This document shows, one piece after another, positions 54,885 through 64,000 of a DNA stretch of 64,000 bases. The stretch is from Octopus sinensis (Eukaryota). Location: NCBI RefSeq assembly GCF_006345805.1, contig NC_042998.1, positions 33,108,001-33,172,000 on the forward strand. Direction: 5' to 3'. How positions within the stretch are numbered: the first letter of the stretch is position 1; every line of letters begins with the position of its first letter. The notes beneath the pieces are model-generated. The model had not been told where the DNA came from. It saw only the letters and a list, made by a program, of their open reading frames with translations, and did not search any database. The position numbers were made by a program, and so were the translations under genes.

Positions 54885-55312
54885 TTTCTTCCTTTGGTAC
54901 TTGTCTTCTTAACAGTGAACGCTGAGCAAAAGGCCTGCAAAGAAAATTTGAGGGTCGGCCGTTTTCTGGAGACAGAGCAACTTACAGACGACAAAATGTC
55001 GTTCATTATTTGCTGTAGAGATGCCCTTAGTTACCAATCTGTTCTTGGTGGGCTGCAAGGAGGCGGATTGGAACAAATACTGTCACACACTACAGTCGGA
55101 GAAATAGGCCTTCTTTTATGACTTCACTAACATGTAAGGGAAAACCCAGTCTTACAGCTTGCTGCGGTGGTACAAATATTTTGCGATTCCTTCCCGCAAA
55201 AGAAGTGAGATAAGCAACAATAATAGATGCACACAAAGCCGGGGCCTGTCGTGTCTCAAAAACGAAGTTACTTATCGCCATTGCTTGTGGTATACACCAC
55301 AGTCGCGGTATA

Positions 55313-55545
55313 AAGGGCGGTGAGCTGGCAGAAACGTTAGCACGCCGGGCGAAATGCGTGGCCGTATTTCGTCTGCCGTTACGTTCTGAGTTCAAATTCC
55401 GCCGTGGTCGATTTTGCCTTTCATCCTTCCGGGGTCGATAAATTAAGTACCAGTTACGCACTGGGGTCGATGTAATCGACTTAATCCGTTTGTCTGTCCT
55501 TGTTTGTCCCCTCTGTGTTTAACCCCATGTGGGTAGTAAAGAAAT
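55313..55545 (+). mobile_element. SINE-A monomer with tail1
   Basis: Family match. Confidence 0.88.
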
Positions 55546-55820
55546 AGGTATACTGGGTGCGAGATTCGTTTGTGGAAAACTAGATGGAGCAGACCGTGTT
55601 TTTCAAAAGCCGCGCTGCTGTAAGAGGTGGGGGGGGGGGTCTCACAGCATGCACAGTAAATATCGAAGCTGTAGTTTATTACTTTTTTTTTCGTCGGTAG
55701 AAATCGCTTATCCGATGATGTTCCTTTGCAAATGACCACAAAATGTTGATTAGAAACAAATTCTAGTCGTTCTCTACCGCTGTACATGTTACTTGGCAGG
55801 CCTTTTCATTGTTGTTGTTT

Positions 55821-55948
55821 ATGATGATGATGATGACGATGATGATGATGATGACGATGATGACGACGACGATGATGATGAGGATGATGATGAGGAGAAC
55901 GACGATGACGACGATGATGATGATGAGGAGGAGGAGAAGGAGGAGGAG
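55821..55948. repeat. (GAT/GAC/GAG)n trinucleotide tract
   Basis: Direct inspection; gives a poly-D/E ORF. Confidence 0.9.
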
Positions 55949-57315
55949 AATGTTCTTTCTTATCCCTCAGTTGGCTCTCAACGAGTAAAAAAGTTCATTC
56001 ACAGCTTTCTTTAAATCATATGCACTCTGTTCTACGTTATCTTAAGTATCTTTATTTTTTAGAGACAGCACGATTTGTGCTGAGGGCGATTTGGCTGTTA
56101 TTTCCCGTTTATAGAGCGTATCTTGTAGAGGCTTCAGCGTTGGTTCATCTCGTAGATAAAGAGATTTTAAAGTCAGCATTCAAGGCGAACAGAAGCACTG
56201 GCAACAAAGGTTACTCCGTCGCCTCAACGAACGTTCCTTTCTTCACGCTACCGAGTATGACTTTCGTGTAGTTTTTATGGTCCTCTCCAGCAACTCCTAA
56301 CCATGTCGTTTATTTATTTATTTTTTTTTTCCCCATTTGTTCTGTTACTCGTAAGGAAAACGAAAGTCAAGAAGGTGGCGGCAGTGTGGTAGACTCCTCT
56401 CTTACTATGCACGTCAGAGTAGGAAACGAGGAGTTCACCGCGCTGCAACTATCGATGTTGTTGTCATTTCTGCTGCCAGTGTCGTTACCATTTAGATTCT
56501 CCATCTCGGAGAACAAATCCTGTTGTCAATACAAACGGCTAAACAGATTGCACAGCTGTTGTTATTCGAAGTATGTCACTTTGAACATATATAAGCGAGC
56601 CTTTTCGTCTCAGCACCTTTCAACGAACGAGTCGTGCTGAACAGCGAACAAACGGTTATTAACCTCAAATAAGGCTTGCAAAACATGTTAGTGCAGTATC
56701 AAAAGTATTGAATAAGAATTAAAACACAAAGGGTTAATCCATCTTATAAACAATAAATGAAAAGGGGAACCTTTTTCTATCAACGAAACATGAGACTTTA
56801 TTCAAATATTATCTCTGGAGGTACAAGTAGCATTTTGGGTGGAGGTGGGGTTTTGTAGCAAAGAGATCCCTATATCGCTTTAAAATATTAAAAGCCCAGA
56901 TAATTCACCCACCGCCTTTGCCCCATCTGCGAAACCTGATACTCCATTCTCTTTCAAATATTATCTCTGTGTTATAAGGTACGTAATTGTGTTAGTGTAT
57001 CGCAAGACAGCGTCGTTATTGTCATCAAGCACAACCACCAAGTCTTGCCATGAAAATGACGTCAGTGTCAGCATGTACTCTTAGATCTAAAGTTGTTCAA
57101 GTGTCAGCGAAGACCGAATAAAAAAATGTACACTCATGTTAAACAGCCATTTTCAGCTGTCAAATTTGAGGGTTGGTTTCGTAACAGATAAAATACAGTA
57201 TCCAAACAAGAGTGGCAGGCAGTAACATTAACAGCACTGCAGCAAAAACAACAATTTCTTAGGCAGGCAGAGAGGTTAGAGAGTTACAGTCGACTATATC
57301 AACCTAATAGTTGAC

Positions 57316-57549
57316 AAGGCGGCGAGCTGGCAGAAACGTTAGCACGCCGGGCGATATGCGTAGCCGTATTTTGTCTGCCGTTACGTTCTGAGTTCAAATT
57401 CCGTCGAGGTCGACTTTGCCTTTCATCCTTTCGGGGTCGATAAATAAAGTACCAGTTACGCACTGGGGCCGATGTAATCGACTTAATCACTTTGTCTGTC
57501 CTTGTTTGTCCCGTCTATGTCTAGCCCCCTTGTGGGCAATAAAGAAATA
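57316..57549 (+). mobile_element. SINE-A monomer with tail1
   Basis: 21-bp TSD tatatcaacctaatagt(t/c)gac at 57295-57315 and 57550-57570. Confidence 0.92.
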
Positions 57550-57807
57550 TATATCAACCTAATAGTCGACTGATACTTTTGTACATGATTTCTTTTATTG
57601 GGTTGGTGCATAATTATTGCTGCTTTTTTTTCAACAATTGTGGTTGTCGTTGTATTTGTGATTGTTGCTTATATCGTTATTGTAATCGTGAGCATGTTGG
57701 TATTTTATAACTGACTTTTTTCTGCCTTCCTTCAAGTAGGCTCTCAATTTGGGGCAGACTTTTTGTCGCATATTTTTCCCTTCGATCTAACAAAGATCAC
57801 TTGAACG

Positions 57808-58641
57808 AAGGCGGCGAACTGGCAGAAACGTTAACACGCCGAGAGAAATGCGTAGCCGTATTTCGTTTGCCGCTACGTTCTGAGTTCAAATTCCGTCGAG
57901 GTCGATTTGCCTTTTATCCTTTCGGGATCGATAAATTAAGTACCAGTTACGCACTGGAGTCGATATAATCTACTTAATCCGTCTGCTTTCCTTGTTTGTC
58001 TCCTCTGTGTTTAGCCCCTTGTGGGTAGTAAAGAAATAGGTGTTTCGCCTGTCTTTACGTTCTGACTTTAAAATCCGCCGAGGTGACTTTGCCTTTTATC
58101 CTTTCGGGGTTGATCTAATCGATTTACTCCTTCCCCCAAAAATTCAGGCTTTGTGCTTAGAGTAGAAAAATTACTTACCGGTAATTTACTTTTAAGGTGC
58201 CCAACTGGCAGAAAGGTTAGCACGCCGGGCAAAATGCTTAGCAGTATTTCGTCTGTCTTTACGTTCTGAGTTCAAATTCCGCAGAGGTCGACTTTGCCTT
58301 TCATCCTTTCGGAGTCAATAAATTAAGTACAAGTTACGCACTGGGGTCGATAAAATCGACTTAATCCGTCAGTCTGTTCTTGTTTGTCTCCTCTGTGTTT
58401 AGCCCCTTGTAGATAGTAAAGAAATAGAATTAGGTATTTCGTCTGTCTTTACGTTCTGCGTTCGAATTCCGCTGAGGTATTTCGTCTGCCGTTACGTTCT
58501 GAGTTAAAATTGTGCCGAGGTCGACTTTGCCTTTCATCCTTTCGGGAATGATTAAATAAGTACCAGTTGCGTACTGGAGTCGATCTAATCGACTTTCCCC
58601 CTCCCCCAAAATTTCGAGCATTGTGCCTAGAGTAGAAAAGA
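57808..58641 (+). mobile_element. SINE-A composite, two heads
   Basis: Family match, ends in tail2. Confidence 0.85.
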
Positions 58642-58659
58642 TTATTTATTGGTAGTGGA

Positions 58660-58970
58660 GTTGAGTGCGTGGCTTAGTGGTTAGGGGCATTTGACTCGTG
58701 ATTGTAAGGTCGTGAGTTCAATTCCCGGCGATGTGTTGTGTCCTCGAGCAAGACTCTTTATTTCACGTTGCTCCAGTCCACTCAGCTAGCAAAAATGAGT
58801 ACTACCTGTATTTCAAAGGTCCAGCCTTGTTATACTCTGTATCACGTGGAATCTCCCCGAGAACTATGTTAAGAGTACACGTGTCTGTGGAGTGCTCAGC
58901 CACTTAGACATTAATTTCACGAGCAGGCTGTTCTGTTGATTTATCAGCTGTGACCCTGGTCATTGTAACC
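58660..58970 (+). mobile_element. SINE-C variant (same CORE-like domain, different tail)
   Basis: tggcttagtgg A box, gagttcaattcc B box, gttgtgtcctcgagcaagactctttatttcacgttgctccag. Confidence 0.8.
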
Positions 58971-58979
58971 TTTATATAT

Positions 58980-59132
58980 ACATACGACGAACTTCTTTCA
59001 GTTTCCGTCTACCAAATCCAGTCACAATGCTTTGGTCGGCCCGAGGTTATAGTAGAAGACACTTGCCAAATGTGCCACACAGTGAGACTGAACCCGGAAC
59101 TATGTGGTTGGGAAGCAAGCTACTTACCACAC
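58980..59132 (-). mobile_element. SINE-B 5' half
   Basis: Family match. Confidence 0.75.
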
Positions 59133-59204
59133 GACCACATTTTATATATATGTATGTGTGTGAGTGTGTGTGCGTGTATAATATATATCATATACATACT
59201 GTTG

Positions 59205-59625
59205 TTCTACTTGTCCTGTCGTTTACTGTTTTCATTTTTATTTGTATTTTTACTGTCTTGTATTGTTTTTACTGTCCAGTTATTGTTACCACTTTTACCC
59301 CTCCGCAAAAAATCTCAAGTTATTTGCGGGAAGGACCGTTTCATCTAAGTCGTGTCTCGCCTTTACCTTCGAAACGCGGAGTAGACGAAACGGAGGCGGC
59401 TGAAGAGGGGGAATTTTCCTTGTGTCTTATGTCTTGTACCCTGTTTTTTCGTTGTTTAAAAAGATGTCCGTTTCCATGGTTCTGTTTTTATGTTTTCGTT
59501 TCTCATTGTGTTTTTTTTTGGTGTCCAGTACCTATATATGCATGTATATATACATATAGATCTAGGTACGTACTTATATGTATGTATATAAGCATATGTT
59601 TTATTTAATATTTTGTTATATATGT
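59205..59625 (+). mobile_element. Family E, copy 2
   Basis: Homologous to 18860-19322. Confidence 0.6.
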
Positions 59626-60124
59626 ACTAATGTATGTATATATATGTGTATATATGTGTGTGTATATATATATATATGTATACATACATACACACACATC
59701 TATGTATGTATACGCGCGCGCGCACTCACATGTGTGTGTGTGTGTGTGTATGTATGTATTTGTGTATATTCTATTCTGTTTTTAATTATTTAAATTCTTT
59801 TTTGGAAGGAGTTGGTTTGTAACGAAGACACAAAGCGGCATGTATGTGTGTGTGTGTATGTATATATGTACCTACCTCATACATACATGTACATACATAC
59901 ATACATACATACATACATACATACATACATACATACATACGTACGTACAAATGTACATACGTACAAACATACATACAAACATACATACATATATAGTAAA
60001 ATTGTGTACACAAAATATTTGGACAATTATCAAACTGCGGTAGAGCCGGATTTTCACCAACTTTTGTTCTTGTTTTACAACACCGGGTGTGCCAAGCGGT
60101 GGTAGGGAGGAAAAATACAAAGAT

Positions 60125-60165
<41 letters not shown>

Positions 60166-60389
60166 CATATATTTTTTGATATATATTATTATTATTTATA
60201 TAAGGAAATTAATAGCCAAACTCATCATAAAGATATACCCGTGTGAAATAACTTATTGTATTAAAAATATATATAAATATAAAAATATAAATATAATGTA
60301 TAAAATAAATTTGATAGTTTAAAAGTTTTGAATTCATAATTAAATATATATGTTAATTTGAATTAATTATTATATATAGATATGTGATT

Positions 60390-60618
60390 AAAAAATATAT
60401 AAAATGGAACAAGAACGCAAAACATTCAAATAGACGATACGAAAACGGACAGGTCATTCGAAGCTTCTAATCTTCAGTCAAGAACCGGATCATCCTCGAG
60501 CCGAAATTGCGAGGATGATCCGGTTCTTGACTGAAGATTAGAAGCTTCGAATGACCTGTCCGTTTTCGTATCGTCTATTTGAATGTTTTGCGTTCTTGTC
60601 CCATTTTATATATTTTTT
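60390..60618. repeat. 109-bp inverted repeat, 1 mismatch, 11-nt spacer (PLE-like fold-back)
   Basis: Arms 60390-60498 and 60510-60618; CTGAAGA at 60531-60537. Confidence 0.9.
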
Positions 60619-60959
60619 ATACATGTATTTTTGCGGCGTACGTACAAACCTTCCTCTTATATGTATGTATATATATATATACATACACACACACACATAT
60701 ATATGTGTGTGTGTGTGTGTGTACGTATACATGCATACGACGGAGTCTCATGTTTTTTAAAACACTCATCACGTGAATGCCTGTATAATCATTTAAGTCA
60801 ATATTTACACAACCATATCTAGGTGAATATATTTACGTGGTTATTACATAGCAGCTATATCTAAGTGAACAGTTAAGCAATTATCCGCGCACCAACAGCG
60901 ATTACAAGTAAATGACGTGGTTATAGCGTTAAAGCTTGTAACATGATGTTCAAAAGGTT

Positions 60960-61165
60960 TTTTTTTCATCCTGCGCATCACCATGGCGCTACTTCAAAAG
61001 TTTTTCGGTGAACGGATTATTTCGAAGAGAATTTGGCCACAAAGATCATCTGGATTAACACCGCCAGACTTTTTTTCTGGGAAGCAAGTAAAGGATCAGT
61101 GTACAAGAATCGCCCCAAACGTATCGAATATCTACTACGGAGAGACTTTTTGAACACCTACGTTT
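60960..61165 (+). mobile_element. Tc1/mariner-superfamily transposase C-terminal fragment
   Basis: FFGERIISKRIWPQRSSGLTPPDFF resembles the WPPRSPDLTPPDFFLWG motif; ends tttttgaacacc. Confidence 0.65.
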
Positions 61166-61669
61166 TTAAGTTGTTTTAAGTTAATGTTGTTGACGTTTTT
61201 GAGTTAACGCTGTTTCAAATCGGATTAAATTCAAATTCAAATTACTCTCTGTTCAAAAGCTCAAGCCCTTTCTTAATTTGATTTTAAAATAACTGACACT
61301 CAAAACGTCAGGCGAGATTGTGTAGTAATAGGCTGGCTTCCCAACAACATATTTCTCTATTCAGTCCCATTCAGTCCCCTTAGCGGAACCTTGGACCGAA
61401 TAAAAACCTTCGTTTGAGAAAACTGAAAGAAATCCGTTACATATATCTGTCTGGGTATGCGAGAGTTTTTTGTGTCTGTTTATCCTCCACGAACTACCTA
61501 CTAGACATCTGGTGTTGGTTTGTTTACATCCGTAACATAGTGGTTTTACAAAAGAAACCGATAGAATTTTCTATGGCTCCTTCTATGGCATTTTCTGTGG
61601 CTCCTTCGCCGTTCTCAAAAATAGCGTTCGTAATATTTTATCTCGTTCGGCTTAACAGCCCTTCTTGTC

Positions 61670-62098
61670 TGTGTTACTGTTATTCTCCTTGTCCTGTCTT
61701 TTACTGTTTATATTTTGTACAGTCGTTACTGTCCTGTTTTTATTACCATTTTTACCCCTCCGCAAAAAGATCTCAAATTTTATTTAATTTGCTTTTCGCG
61801 GGAAGGGAAGTTTCAATCGAAGTTGCGTCTCGCCTTCACCTTCGAAACGCAGAGTAGATGAAACCATAGCTGAAGAAGGGGAATTTTCCTTGCGTTATTT
61901 TTCCTGTACTCTATTTTTTCGTTGTTTAAGAAAAATGTCCAGTTCCTTGGTTTTGTGTTTATGTTTTCGTTTCTCATTGTGTTCGACGTTTTTTGGTGTC
62001 CTGTACCCATATATGCATGTATATATACATGTAGATGTAGGTACGTAAATATATGTATGTATATATGCATATGTTTTATTTATTAATTTGTTATTACA
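61670..62098 (+). mobile_element. Family E, copy 3
   Basis: Homologous to 18860-19322. Confidence 0.6.
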
Positions 62099-62137
62099 CG
62101 ACAGAACGCACACATCCATTTCTCAGTAAGTTTATTC

Positions 62138-62198
<61 letters not shown>

Positions 62199-62761
62199 CG
62201 CTTTCACAGTTCCATTTCAGATTATTGAAACAGCAGTGAAAAAAAATATCAATGTTCATTTATTGATGCATCTGGGAAAGTCTATGTCTGCATTATCAAA
62301 CAACTGCAAATATATGTTTAAAAAAATTCAAAACTCTGCCAAAATCCGGTACAAATTTTTCATAGTTCAAAATATTGCTTACTTTTTACTCAACCTGGTA
62401 CATTATATATATACATATATATAGTACTGGGTTCAACTTGTTCAAGTAAGTTCCTTCGAGGCGGTACCCCAGCTTGACCGCAGTCTAACGAATGAAAGTA
62501 AAAGAAAGAATATGTTACTGTTAGTGTTTTCATCCTATACAACTATACAACAATGCTGCTTAGTTCTTGTTGGTATGTAAATAGTTAAATATTTATCTTA
62601 AGTATCATCATTATTATCTAAGTATTCAACAGATGATTGTTACAAAAACATGAAGGAAGTTATGGAAAACGAAACCCAAAATATTATTAAAATTATAAAT
62701 TGCAAATAATTAGCTGGGATGGAGTTTGACTGGGTAATGTCGATGTGTGTGTGTGTGTGTA

Positions 62762-62811
<50 letters not shown>

Positions 62812-62815
<4 letters not shown>

Positions 62816-63185
62816 TGGCTGTTTGGTAAGTAGCTTGCTAACCAACCACATGGTTCCGAGTTCAGTCCCACTGCGTGGCATCTTGGGCAAGTGTCTTCTG
62901 CTATAGCCCCGGGCCGACCAATGCCTTGTGAGTGAATTTGGTAGACGGAAACTGAAAGAAGCCTGTCGTATATATGTATATATATATAAGTGTGTGTGAA
63001 TATGTTTGTGTGTCTGTGTTTGTTCCCCTAGCATTGCTTGACAACTGATGCTGGTGTGTTTACGTCCCCGTCACTTAGCGGTTCGGAAAAAGAGACCGAT
63101 AGAATAAGTACTGGGTTTACAAAGAATAAGTCCCGGGGCCGCAGTCAAATGACTGAAACAAGTAAAAAGAGAGTAAAAAAAAGAG
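62812..63185 (+). mobile_element. SINE-B with small 3' deletion
   Basis: Family match, starts in (TA)n. Confidence 0.85.
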
Positions 63186-63264
63186 AATATGTCTTTATCT
63201 GCATGTGTGAGTCTGTGTGTTTGTGTCCGTTTGTAAGTGAGTCTGTCTCTATATGTGGTGTATG

Positions 63265-63790
63265 CAATGGCGGACTGGCCAGGTTGCCAGCTTGCCCATG
63301 GAAAGTGGGCCCCTGTGCCATTAGAATCCATATATGTGGTCCCGTGTTAGTATCTAAGGGGCCCATCCCCTGAAGTTTGAGAATTTTTTATTCACTCCTG
63401 GAAGAATGCATTAATTATTTCAGCCTGGCTGTTTGTAGACGGTTGAAGAGAATACTTTTAACAAAAAAAAAAATTTAATGATAGCTTTGTAGTTGCAGGT
63501 GGGCCCCCTTAATTTCTTGGCAACCAATATAAGGTGGCGAGCTGGCAGAAACGTTAGCGCGCAGGGCGAAATGCTTAGCGGTATTTCGTCTGTCGTTACG
63601 TTCTGAGTTCGAATTCCGCCGAAGTTGACTTTGTCTTTCATCCTTTCGGGGTCGATAAATAAAGTACCAGTTTCGCACTGGGGTCGATGTAATCGACTTA
63701 ATCCCTTTGTCTGTCCTTGTTTGTCCCCTCTATGTTTAGCCCCTTGTGGGTAGTAAAGAAATAAATATTTTGAGACCCAATCCTCCACTG
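63265..63790. mobile_element. hAT-type MITE with nested SINE-A monomer (63531-63762)
   Basis: TIRs caatggcggactgg / ccaatcctccactg; 8-bp flanks ggtgtatg / gatgtgtg (6 of 8 match); internal gggcccc repeats. Confidence 0.65.
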
Positions 63791-63791
63791 G

Positions 63792-63844
<53 letters not shown>

Positions 63845-64000
63845 CGTGTGTGTGTTATGGAAATACTGAGGTAACCTATTTGTGGATGAATTCTAAGCAA
63901 TTTTAAACGCACGCATTTAGTAAACATTCATTAAATCTGGCTGTTCCAATTGCCTCTGCGTTTGAACCGTGGGGTTCTGCCTGCAGAATGAAACAAAGTA

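Noticed and set aside
55793-56014. Poly-D/E ORF as an acidic protein exon
   Set aside because: Mixed trinucleotide microsatellite with non-coding-looking flanks.
56391-56530. Minus-strand MENLNGNDTGS... 45-aa ORF with a possible GTAAGA donor
   Set aside because: Short, weak donor context, no homology recognised and no downstream exon identified.

Overview
Repeat-saturated, AT-rich eukaryotic DNA, most likely an octopus (coleoid cephalopod) intron or intergenic region. The organism call rests on recalled octopus-type tRNA-derived SINEs and extreme microsatellite density, not on a search. No intact host protein-coding gene, rRNA, true tRNA or CRISPR array is supported; nearly all listed ORFs are translations of microsatellites or SINEs. 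Recognisable content: four tRNA-headed SINE families (labelled A-D here), decayed LINEs (L1/Tx1, R4/Dong), Tc1/mariner and maT remnants, Helitron and hAT MITEs, and several Penelope-like (PLE) fold-back structures. Main observations: (1) a ~480-bp palindromic element, in three copies, with tRNA-like Pol III heads pointing outward from a fixed 2-nt centre and a minimal hammerhead ribozyme motif in each arm; (2) SINE-A concatemers of up to ten ~184-bp units enclosed by one target-site duplication (TSD) and joined by an invariant junction; (3) a 266-bp palindrome carrying a U3-A8 variant hammerhead motif; (4) R4/Dong LINE insertions in the (AAT)n tract of the palindromic element. Repeat boundaries are approximate unless a TSD or TIR is quoted.
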